Assembly: GCA_040954595.2 (NCBI GenBank)
Contig: CM082583.2
Span: 2,283,209 to 2,347,208, forward strand
Source of the DNA: Balanoglossus misakiensis
Lineage: Eukaryota > Animalia > Hemichordata
Direction of reading: 5' to 3'
DNA: 64,000 nt
Made by a program: the position numbers and the translations under genes. A model generated the notes under the pieces. It worked only from the letters and a program-made list of their open reading frames with translations. It searched no databases and had not been told where the DNA came from. Shown in pieces: positions 40,801 to 52,800 of the stretch; the first letter of the stretch is position 1, and each line of letters begins with the position of its first letter.

Positions 40801-43800
40801 TAATGAAGAGGAATTATGATTTAAGGGTAAACCTTTATTCTTACGAGGTAGGGAATTGCGTTTACATGCTTGAATCTGCAGTAGAAAAAGGGAAAAGCCG
40901 GAAATTAAGTCATCCGTGGAAAGGACCTTGGATTATAATCAACAAGTTAACACCATACTTGTATAAGGTAAAATTCCAGCGGGCCATAGTAACTGCCCAC
41001 CATGATCGGCTTAAGCTATGTCGGAGCCGAGACCTGCCCCAATGGGTCATGAGGTATCAAGAAAATCTCAAACGGAATAGTACAGGTAAGGCAGAGATCG
41101 CCGATGTATCATCGACACTATATTGTGTTTGTCGGAAGCCCTATCGTGGTGAGTTCATGATCCAGTGTGATGCTTGCTCGGAGTGGTACCATGGACACTG
41201 CGTTGGGGTGACGACCAGGGATGCGCGGAGGATTTCTGTTTATACTTGTCCGGCATGTTCTTAATCTATTGTCTTTTTCTTCATTGTCCACAGACATGGC
41301 TTCTTCGTCTCCACCTGATTCACCCAAGCGCCAATGGAAGGAGGTCGCTCCGACTGATCCAAGTGCCGCTCGCCAGCGTCTTAGCCAGGAGATATCCGAT
41401 GCTACCACCAATGACTTCCTTTGGCAAGTTCGAGAGCTCGTCAATGGCATCGGTGTTATCTCCATGGGACCTGACCGGTCTGTGGCACAGGGCCAGGAGC
41501 TCCTGATCGGTCAATACACCATAGCGGCCCGGAGGAAGCGATGGGGATGGATCAGAGCCCTGCGCAAAGACGTCGATCTTTGCCTTGGTTTTGATCGCGC
41601 TTGGATTGATGAACATCTTCCTCATCCAAATCCAAGAGAAAACACTTGGTCTGCTCCCCAAAGGTCCAAGAAGTCGGCTTCGTATGAAGTTCCACCTGAT
41701 GGTATGTACCGGGACTTCCGTCTTCAGGACCCTGAGCAAGTGGAAAAATGGCAGCGGGAGTCTGTGCACTCAGGTATCCCAGACGTCCAACGCGCTCGGG
41801 GGCCGGGGGCGGGGGAACTGGTATGTCCACCGGTTGGATCCATACCGGAGGTGCAACCGGTGTTGGTTTCTGCCCCGGTGGAGGCAGCGCCGGGAGTACT
41901 TCCTGCGCCTATGGAAACGGCTAGCCCGCAACGAGGACCAGCGGTGAGGAAGGCTGTGGTGGCAACTGGCCGGGGTAAGAAGAAGTCCAGTAGAGGTTAG
42001 AAGGGGAAGGGGGTTCTGAATCAGCCTCCTGTTGGCTCCGCAGGGAGTCAGCGGGTGCAACGATCCAGCCCTCTTTCTCTGGTCGGACCCTTTAGTGAGG
42101 CTTTTCTCCCGGTTGGTTTAGGGCAACCCCCTCTCGTTCCTCTTCCCCCAGGCTACCTTGGAATACCGCCGGCAGATCATGTTCGTTGTCCCTTGCCAGA
42201 GTGCACGGAGGTAACTGTGGACCTCAGGGCTCATGTCTTGGGTAAGCATGTTCCTCCGGTACTCCGGGGTGATCATCCTTTCGAGGCTTGGAGAGTGTTC
42301 CATGCTTTGGGCATTCTTCATTCCTGGATTGTTGGGGGATCACCAGGTTCACCGGCCATGAGCTTGTTGGTTTATTTCGTGCGGTTTGGCCATGTCTTTC
42401 TTCCGCCGGTTTCATCGGTAGAGGAAGAGTATTTTCCTTTGATGCATCAGCTATGTAGGGATTTGGGGCTCCACCCGCCAAATTCTCCCGCTGTACTCGT
42501 TTACTGGAGAGTGCTCTTGGTTTTGTTGGGTTTTCTTTCTCCTTTGCAGAGAGCGGAGTTTGCAGGCCTCTTCAGCGGGGATCGGCAGATTCTGCAGGCC
42601 AAGAAAACCAAGCAGAGCCATCCTCTGCCCAGGAAGTCGTGCACTGTGTCCCGATCACAGGAAGCGCAAGATTTGATTGCCTCGGCAACTGCTTCTGCTT
42701 CAGGGAGCCAGAGTTTGGATGTAGGTCCTCGCCCGACTAAGTCTAAGGGTAAGGTGAAATGTGTTGGCAGTGCGGCTTCGCCACTGGGAGCCTTTGATTC
42801 GCATTTTCATTTGGATCGATTGACTTCTTCGTGGCGGGGTACTGTCACCCGCGTGACATCGGACGTAGTGGTCTCCTCCCCTTCCATGCTGAAACAAAAA
42901 ATTTTCTATTTTCGTTTCTGTTAGTAAATACTTACCTTTGATCCAACCTATAGCCTAATATATCTCGCCCTCTAACGACCGCTGAGATAAAAAACTTTCC
43001 CCTGATTACGTCATACTCACCGAGTATATATACCACCTGTCCAGCCGTGAATATTCAGTATTGCTCAGCACGAGAATAACTGCTCAGGCCGAAACTATGC
43101 TGCCCACGCACTGAGGACCCATCCAAAATTTATGAATAATGGAAAAACAGTCACAGGTCAAGTGTGGGGAGGCGGGTGGGTATCTGGTTGGATCAAAGGT
43201 AAGTATTTACTAACAGAAACGAAAATAGAAAATTTTTTGTTTCTATGGCATAAATACCATACCTTTGATCCAACCTATAGCCTACAGAGTCCCAAGGAAC
43301 AACTGGCGGTGGGACTTGAACCGAAAAAACAAAATTCCAACAGAAAGAACCAGGCTATTACTTACTGTGAGCTACCCTTTGAGCTACACAGATAGGACCC
43401 AAAGAAAATAAGCCATCTGCTTCCGCTGCCATATCTCGCAGATAAGCAGAGGAAAAAGTAGTCTGTGATCTCCACTGGACTGCAGACAATAAATCAGCCA
43501 TGGAAGTCCCTGAAAAAAGTGACCATGAAGCAGCAAGAGCTCTGACTTCATGAGCTGACACCTTAGCCCAGCTAATTGCTTCTTCTGAAGGGCTAGAATA
43601 AGCAAACTTAATAGTCTCGACGATCCATCTGGAAATAGTCGACTGTGAAATAGACATACTGGGTGTAACCCTAATGGAGATAAACAGCCTTGTCTGCTCT
43701 CCCCTCCTGTCTTTTGTTCTCTGCAAATAATACTTTAGTGCTCTGACAGGACAGAGCAACCTATCCTCTGAACGCTGACCGACTAACTTCGTCAGTTTCG

Positions 43801-46800
43801 GAATAACCAGAGGCGATTGTGGCAGATCCGCAATCCGATTCTTTGCCAAGAAAGCTGGGTCAGTAAGCAAAGTGACACTGTCTGCTGACCAACGAATATG
43901 AGCTGAAGCCATAGACAGGGCATGAAGCTCACTACGGCGACCTGCCGTAGCTAATGCCAAAAGAAAAACAGTCTTGTACGTCAAGAACTTCATCTCTGCT
44001 GTTTGCAAAGGTTCAAATGGAGCTCCTAATAAAGCATGTAGAACCAAAGATAAACTCCACTGGGGAACCAGTGACTTTACAACTGGTCGCGCCAAAGAGA
44101 AATTATTTATCAAAGCAGAAATAGACTCGTCCAGGGTAGTAACTTCCTCACCCAACAATCGAAGTGTGTTACCTATAGCTGAACGGTACGCCTTAATAGT
44201 GCTCACTGCTGTCTTTTTCTCCTTAAACAAATAGAGGAAAAAATCTGCTAGCTGAGGAGGCGTGGGTCTGAGAAAATCAATCGACCTTTTCTCACACCAA
44301 TGACGAAAGGAACACCACTTTGAATCATATGCTGCCGTGGTGGATGCTCGTCGGTGTTGTGCGATGCGCGAGGCAGCTTCTGCAGAAAAGCCTCTTGCCT
44401 GCAAACTGAGCTTGATAGTCTCCAAGCGTGGAGGTGAAGGTGTTGTGCTACCGGAGGCAGCCGAACAGTCTCCTCGATGTAATTGTGTGGTAATGTCAGT
44501 GGACAGTCCACCAGTAACTGGAGTAGTCTTGGAAACCAAGGACGTGTTGGCCACAGTGGTGCAACTAGAATTACTTCGCATTCTTCGTGTGCTACCTTGG
44601 AAATTACCCTGGAGATCAACGGTAGTGGGGGAAATGCATATGCCAACATTCCCTTCCAGCTGATTGACAGAGCGTCGCATGCTAGTGCTTGTGGTTCCGA
44701 CCTTAGTGACGCGTAAATCGGGAACTTGCGATTCTTGGCTGTCGCAAATAGGTCTACGTGGGGCCTGTCCCAAATCAGACAAATCTGCTCTACTAGCGGT
44801 TGCCGTAGAGCGCACTCTAGTGGATAGAACTTGTCCCGTGATAGAGCATCTGCCAGAATGTTGCTTGTGCCCTGAACGTGGAGTGCTTTCAGCGTGATGC
44901 TGTTCGCCTGGCACCAATTCAGCATGTCCCATACCAGATAACACAGGCTGGGTGATCTGGTGCCGCCCTGGTGATTTATAAATGCGACTACTGTGGTGTT
45001 GTCTGACCTGATCAGAATCACCTTGCCGCAAATGTCTTGGTGAAAGTGGAGAAGTGCCAACTGTACTGCCTTCATTTCCAACCAATTTATGTGCCGCACT
45101 GACTGGTCGACTGACCATATCCCTGAGATTGTCCTGTCTCCCAAGTGTGCACCCCATCCTTGGAGAGATGCGTCCACAAACAGTGACACCGTCGCCAACG
45201 GGGATACTAGGGGATTTCCCTCGAGAGTATTCCCCCTGTCTAGCCACCATTGCAGGTGTGAAACTAGAGGTGGCTTTACCTGAATAAGGTCCGTCAACTG
45301 TCCGGATACCGGCCTCCAATGGGCCAACAGAAACAGTTGAATTGGCCTCATATGTAGTCTGCCTAAAGGTATTGCCTCGGCTAGAAAGTTCATGCGACCC
45401 AGGATGCTGAGCAATGTGCGTGCTTGGACCATGGACTCTGAACTGATCCAATGCACTTGCTGTTCTAATTTCAACAGGTTTTCCTCCGTAGGGAAAACTA
45501 AACCCTTGGACAGGTCCATGACCATGCCAATGAACTGGATCCTCTGTGAGGGGATTAGACAAGACTTGTCTGTGCTCGGAATGAACCCCACACGAATGGT
45601 CTCCCGTAGTGTGGTTTGTGTGTCTGCCAGTGTCAACTGGAAACTGGAATTGTGTAGCAACCAGTCGTCCAGGTATGGATTGGCTTGTACTGCTCGGGAA
45701 TGAAGGAAAGCCATCAACGCCCCTACTACCCGTGTAAAAATAGCCGGGGCAGTGGCCAAACCGAACGGAAGAGCCACAAACTGGAACAGCTTGCTCCCTA
45801 TCGCAAAGCGAAAGTACCTCTGGAAGTGAGCATGGATAGGAATGTGGAAATAAGCATCCTGCAAGTCTATCGTCGTTGCCCAATCTCCCGAGGAGAGAGC
45901 CTGATGAATAGTTCGAGTGGTCTCCATACGGAAAGACTCGATTATAATGTACTGATTGAGCACGCTCAGGTCAAAAATGGGTCTCCATCCCTGTGACTTC
46001 TTTGGAATAAGGAAAACACGACTGAAAAAACCCGTATCCTGAACTGGTAAAGGGACCTTTTGAATGGCCCCTTTTTCCAACAGCCCCTGTATGGCCCTCC
46101 ACATAGGAGGGGAAGGGTGCGATACCAAATGACTTGGAGGATACAATGAAAGGGGTGGAGACGTCCTGAAGAACAGACGAACCCCTTCCGAAACTAAAGA
46201 GAGGACTGTTTGGTCGTCTGTAATCTTCTGCCATTCCTGGGCAAAATGTTTCAGACGACCCCCAACTGCTACTTGTGGCAATGGTGTCTGGGGCATAGTC
46301 ACAGATTGTGACCACCCTTTGTCCTGACTTGTGTAGTCACTTGTGCTGGCTGCTAGCCCCTTTGGGGGGCTTAGCCTGCTGACGAAAGGGCTGACCCTTC
46401 CTTTGCTTATTAAATGGTCTCTTCCTAGCAAACTTCCGTTTGCTGGTGACCTTTGACACAGAAACAGAAGACTGAGCTTGTGCTACTGCTAACTGTTCTA
46501 CCGCCAACTTCTGTTTAAGCAACTCCTCATTTGTTCTAAGAACAGCATCAAATTGCCCATTAAAAACCAATGGACCTGACCATGGGAGAAGACGGGCAGT
46601 ACGAGCTGCCTCCCTTTCCAAAGGAAGATGACTGATGAGATGGTCACGTGTCATCAACACTTGAGACGCTGCCATACGGGAATTCAATTCTGCTTGATAA
46701 ACCACAGTCTTAGCGGCTTCAGTTAACAACAGTCTGGCATGCTGCCAATTTTCTGCTAACTGAGGAGTAGATTCACCCTCCTGCATGGGTTTAAGCTCTC

Positions 46801-49800
46801 TGCTTAAAGCTGAGAGTAACAGAAAAGTGCAATTAGAGATCCTTGCGGAAAGACGAGTAGTTGCCTCTAAGCGGGCAAAATCCTCAGCCCTAATCACATA
46901 ATTCCTCAAAACCTCTTTATTTCTTACCAACTGCTTTGCGGATTCATCAACCGCTGGTGCAGAGTGGTAGAATGGTCCACGTGTAAGATCAAACACGCGA
47001 CTACCCTGAGGTCTAGACACCAATGGGAAACCATGACTTGGCATCCCTTGAGGGTAACAACGAGGTTTCTTGTTAGCAGTGTAACTAAAGTCCCTGGTGC
47101 CTTTAATCTCGGCATGTACCGTGTCTATCAGAGACGACAGACGAGGAATAAAAGGTAGCTTTCGGTGTACCGGATCAGCTGCCTTACCCAACACATGCTC
47201 AAAAGAAGCCGTCAGCTGTTCTGCCGACACTTCAGCAGTGGGTGGGGGACATTCCTCAGGGGGTACAGTATTATACACTAGCATAACCGCGTCAGCCCAT
47301 TGACTGGCGCGACTAGTTTCCTCTTGATCGGACAAATTGTCTTCATCCTCATCCTGCCCCTCTGACTCCGATTGTGAAACATCGAAGGAGGAAATAGGAG
47401 GGGCAGGGACAGTGTGACCACTGTGCACAGGATTTTGGCCCGACACAGAGACCCGATTAGCTTGAGCAGGCATACCCCAGCTTGTGGACTGAAGTGGTGC
47501 CGCTAAATTAGAGGGAGGACAAGTCCATGGGAAACCCCACGACTGTTGGAAGCCAGGAGGGGGAAAATTCCCACCAGCCTGAGCGACTCCCGAAGCTAAT
47601 TGGTCTGGTACACACATAGGGGGTGGGCCGTGAAGCCCTCCCCACACACTACCGGCACTACCTATGGCCGTCGAAGGCACTGGATTAGCCAAGACGGAGG
47701 TAGGAACCGTATGAAAATACCTAGAAGACATACCTGCATAATTCGGCCAAACACCTGACTGAACAGTTTGCGCCGATGAAACACCTCCCAAATGAGATGG
47801 ACCAGGAACTGCTGCATCCAAAAGGGAAGAAACCGGCAAAACAGGAGTTTCTGCAACCGTCCTAGTAGCTGATGAATCCAACTTGGATCGCTTCGAAACG
47901 AGCGAAGCCCTAGCAGAAGCATGGCCGCCATCTTGGGACGACCCCCTAGCTAACTCAGAAAAAACATCAGGCTCTTCAGAGTGCGCTGAATGGAATTCTT
48001 GACCCGGAATAGGCAGTTGAGAGTCTTCTATTTCCGAAGGAGTTCGAGAAGACGACCGCGACGCGGTGTCAGAAACTCTCTCCGTCATGGTTCCAGTGAA
48101 AACACGAAAAAATGCACGGGCAAAAATGGCTTCTGAAGGCTATATGAAAAGACAATACCGCAGAAGCCCTACACACTGACCCGTACACGTGTGGGAAAAA
48201 TCCGAAAAACAAACTTTGCAAGTGCCAAAATAACACTAGCAAGCAGTTTAGAAAATAAGTCGTTACTTATCTACTTCCCCAATCGAAAAACCTCAGGCGA
48301 AAAGCAGCAATGGTCGAAGGGCTGAGCACTTCTTGACAAAAATCCAACACCTCAAGAGAGAAGATGTCCGCTGTCTCGTGCTGAGATAATAATACTGAAT
48401 ATTCACGGCTGGACAGGTGGTATATATACTCGGTGAGTATGACGTAATCAGGGGAAAGTTTTTTATCTCAGCGGTCGTTAGAGGGCGAGATATATTAGGC
48501 TATAGGTTGGATCAAAGGTATGGTATTTATGCCATAGAAATCACTGACGGGGATTCCCGTATTGGGTGGGGTGGAGGTTTACTGTGACCCTACGACTTTT
48601 CCCACCAATCTTTCCCGGAGTAAGCGTTGGAAAATTGCTGTGGGAATACATCCCAAACAGGCGGCAACACTGACTGGAAGTCGACTGGAGAAGTTCAAGG
48701 AATTAATCCAATCCCCTCAGGTGGCAGCAATTGGGGAGGTTGGGTTAGATTTCTCTGTTGAGACAGACAAATGGCCCCTCCAGGAGACCGTGTTCAGGTT
48801 GGCCCTTTCCCAGTGTGATCCACGGAAGCTCCTGGTTCTGCACATCAGAGGAGCTGCTGGAGATGTGTGTATTGCTGCTGTCGGGCGTAGGGCTCTTGAA
48901 ATCGTTCGTGAGTACTGCGCCAGTGAGCAGTTGATCCACTTCCATGGCTTCACTGGAGATCGTTTTGTGGTCGAGTGCTGGATCAGGGATTATCCGTACT
49001 GTTACTTCAGCTTTAATGCTGGTGTTAACACTTTTTCTACCCCTCAGCTTGAAGCACTCAGGGCGGTGCCAGAGGATCGTCTTCTCTTGGAGACGGACTC
49101 CCCGTACTTCCCTGTGGCCAATGGTGCCAAGCCCAACACTCCAGCCTTTATCGGAGATGTTGCTGTCCTGGTTGCGGCGCGGCGGGGGATACCTCTGAAC
49201 CAGCTACTGGAAGCTGCTGCCAACAACACCAGGCGCTTGTACGGCTTCGACTGAACGGGTAATCTTTGGGGGGGTCCTATTGGCGTTAGACTGTGAAATC
49301 CATATTACATCCGGAGCTGCCTTCCATGGGTCTTTCACTTTTATCTGGGCCCACGCCACTGGGGATATTTTTGCTTGTTGGTTTTTGTTACTTCCGGTCC
49401 CTCCCCAGTGGCAGTAAAATTGTGTTTGCCACCATCGTGTAAGAATCGATCTCGACGGTATGGCTCTAAAAAGTCCCCAAAAGAAAAAAAAAAACGTGCC
49501 ATATCCCGGATTGATTCGAATCGGCTGTTCCGTCCATAATCATCTAACCATCTATGAAAGGAATCTCCCAGTTTCCAGAGATCCACACGGAACCCATCGC
49601 TTCAGAAGAAAACAGGGGAGAGTGTGGTATTTCTGGAGAATACCTCACCTGGAGTATACCAGTGCCTGGAGATTCCTGTGGAAATGCTGATTGGGTGGTG
49701 ACCCTTATGTGACCTGTCACGTGACCCCGTGAAGGTTATATATATCACCGTGGGACCGGAAGCCGGGGTTCTCTCTCGTCTCGTCCATGGTCTGGTGCTA

Positions 49801-52800
49801 CACGCTCTACTTGTTCTGGACCCGGACCGCCTGCACGCACTCAACTAGGTGAGTATGCGTTACGGGCATTGACTAGGGAAACCTTTCCGTGGCGTTGAAG
49901 TTGGGGAAAACGCTACAGCCGCTCTAGAAAACATGACCTCAGACAGGTCCCTCGGGACCGTGCCTCGAATTCAACGATCACGTAGATGGACGCGCTGCCG
50001 CGTGTGAGGTCACCGGGGAGCTTTCCAAAGCGGCCGCGTGGAGCTGCTTCAGTCCGTCCTGGACGCGAAACACCCAACATTGGAAGATCCCGACTTGGAC
50101 TCGGAAAATGAACCACTCAAAAATTTGCATAAAAGTCGAGGTGGTCATCCCTCATTTGCATAAATCTCGAGGCCATATCCGGGCTAAAGCCCCCCCCCCC
50201 CCCCCCCCCCCCCCACTGTTTTTTCGCTAATCTGTTGGCCCAGCACCCGGGGCTCTTACCCGGGCAACTACGGTAAATATGCCACAACACATTCTATTTC
50301 TAGTGATGCATTCCAGTACAGCTAAAGTAAAAGAAATTTGCTATTGCAACTTGATAACTTTGACCACCAACAATGGCAACTATCAACACTGATGCCTTAA
50401 TGACTTGGTGTGAATTATCTCCATTGTATAGCGTGTTGAAACGTTCCAGGTATCAACTTTCTATGGTTCTTTGACAGTTACCTTCGCACTACGTTCGCCA
50501 CAGTTGCAAATTGCGAAGAAAAGTCTGTGGTGGCAGAAAAAATAATACAATGTATTCGCAACGTGTGGCGAACGGCAATTTCTCCAGCTGATGAAGCATT
50601 TAGTTCTTTTTATTTTGATGATACGCATGACAGTAAAGACGATCACCGATTTTAATTTTGCAGTTGTAGTTTGATAAAAAAAGAACAATAAAGGTGAGCA
50701 ACTACGGTAACAAAGTGCATACAGTGTATCAAAGGTCGATGAAACCCACGTCTGAAAATGACGAGAAATCCGGGAACAGTGCGCGTTCTCCGGATCGTTC
50801 CATTACGAAGTCCGATGAAGCCATATGTGACGTGTACGCGCACATGCCCTACAAGTTATAAATACTCTTGGATTGAGATGATCGGAAGCTTATACTCATA
50901 TATTCCTTGTAGAAAATATGATTTTACATTTGATAGCCTAAAACTGGTCAAAAGGGTAAGTTACCCATTGTACAATTTCCACATTGATGTAGTTACCCTC
51001 CTGCTACTACTTTGCATAGTGTTGCTTTTGGATATCAGTAAACATGCAGGATTTACATCTATCTCTATTGCTGGGTTCACATCTAGGACCATGGCCGGGC
51101 AAAACTTATCCCAATGATTGTGACAAGATAACCTAATCTTTAGTCCCCGTTCACATTGAGTTTGGCACAGTCCTGGCCAACGTCGTCTCGCCAACCTTTG
51201 ACCTTTGAAATGTGCCATGGGTGAATACGGTCGATCAGAGAGAATGGAAAATGCTTAAAAGACAATTGATTTCTTCCGTACCCCTGTCGACTCCTCAACT
51301 CACCATTGTCAAATGATAAACTACACTGTTATGTCAACTGTAAAGGACCAGAGTCGGACAAAACTTGTCCACACACACCAGGCCGTGATGAGAATTGGCC
51401 ACAGATCACCCCTTTCGACTGGGACACAAAATTGTCCGGACAATGGCCGGCCAGACCCGTTCACACCTGTTTTTTTGCTCAGCCATGTACCTGGCCAGGA
51501 CAAGGGCCTAGCCTTTTTTGAGCAATGTGAACAGCCTCTATACTGCTTGAAATCACATAACTTTAAAATCACAAAAGAAATCTGCATCAAACAAGAGGCA
51601 TACTGCAGACTACTTACAGAATAATCCACTGAAAGGAACATCTGAAATGTTTCTTGATCTCGATCTGTCACTGATTTCAGTTTATTTTGGACGTACAGTG
51701 GAAGACTTCTTGGTGCAAAGCTGCATCCAGACTTCAAGACATTGTCAAGTTTCTCTCTGTAAGCAGTAGCCATTTTCCCAAGTACGCTGAGTTTCAATGC
51801 ACCCTAAAATATGAAATCAACAGAAACAAAATACAATAAAACAGACACATCTTGAAGATTCCATCTCAAAGCATGACCCTACAGACAGTGGTTTTTGTCT
51901 TTTTACATAATTTTTGGAAATATTTGTTCAGTATGACAAGGTTCTGAACAAGAATATACAGATACACTCTTACACATCTTAGAGACATGCATATGGCATA
52001 CATTTTTGTGATATATTTATGGAAAGCACAAGAGGGCACGGCAGACAGTTGTTCATTCAACTGCAGGAGAGCTGTAGTATGTTTATTACTTCCATACACA
52101 TGCACACTCTACAAAATCATGAATACTTAGGGGTTATTACACGAATATTGGTCGATAACGAGTCGTATTCGAGTGATGTCCGTATTTTGACGAGTTGCAA
52201 AAGAAACGAGTCAAAAGACAGACTCGCGCTATCGCCTCGTGCTATTGACCAAAATTCGTGTAATAACCCCTTTATCATACATGCCTACCTATAAAACAGT
52301 ACGATTTGCGAAAATGTGCCGAGAAAAACAATTTCACGGCTAGAAATTTGAACCGGGCGCCCTGGGATCACAGTAGCAGCCCATACCCAAGTGAGACAGG
52401 GTGATACGATCAGGTGATCAACGTGTAGGCCGTAGTATTATTCTAAGGGGGTTGGCAGCTTTCATTACGATGGGCACATCCGCATTCTAAATAAAATTGT
52501 CTACGTTTTCTTTCAAAATATCATGTGAACAATTATTTCGCATTGAGAATTCCGAAGAAGTAAAAATGATACATTCAACATGACAAAACCGCCAGCTTTG
52601 AAAACTTTATTACAGCTTCTAATAACCGAATTTTACAACACCCCTCTCCACTAGAGCCCTATGCCCCGTGTGTCGCTCGCGCGCGCAGCGAACTGTCGTG
52701 CCGATGACACTGAGTCAACGCAGTGTGATGATTTCAGCGCGTTCTCAAAAATAGTTCGAGACGCGGACGCGGTATTTCACCTAGTGAAATACTGTATAAT

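Larger units (their letters stand above)
42895..48540 (-). mobile_element. DIRS1-like tyrosine-recombinase retrotransposon, apparently intact
   Basis: Inverted terminal repeats (~42930-43075 / ~48374-48520); internal complementary region ~43186-43284 that matches both extreme ends; three ORFs; GAAA shared at both junctions. Confidence 0.97.
35899..49917 (+). mobile_element. Ty3/Gypsy LTR retrotransposon with PHD-integrase and extra TatD ORF; 5' LTR truncated; contains a DIRS insertion
   Basis: 5' LTR remnant 35899-36015 matches 49801-49917 (1 mismatch in 117 bp); PBS-like TGGCGCTGCGAGCAGG at 36017; gag, pol and a third ORF; PPT 49604-49622; complete 3' LTR 49623-49917 (TGT...ACA). Confidence 0.95.
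35613..50273. mobile_element. MITE family B (CCGTAGTTGCCCGGGTAAG TIRs, TA TSD) split by the Gypsy insertion; halves 35613-35898 and 49918-50273
   Basis: The two halves join to match the uninterrupted copy at 56758-57389 (...gagttatatata|gccgctctag...). Confidence 0.92.

Noticed and set aside
41296-42000. Envelope glycoprotein
   Set aside because: No signal peptide, transmembrane anchor or furin/fusion pattern is visible.
43358-46431. Prophage integrase or restriction-modification system
   Set aside because: The recombinase and methyltransferase-like motifs are standard DIRS components, linked to RT/RNase H, ITRs and ICR.
48562-49254. Standalone host or bacterial tatD gene (contamination or HGT)
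   Set aside because: It lacks its own N-terminal HxH motif, which lies at ~42800 on the other side of the DIRS, and it sits inside the LTR-bounded unit.
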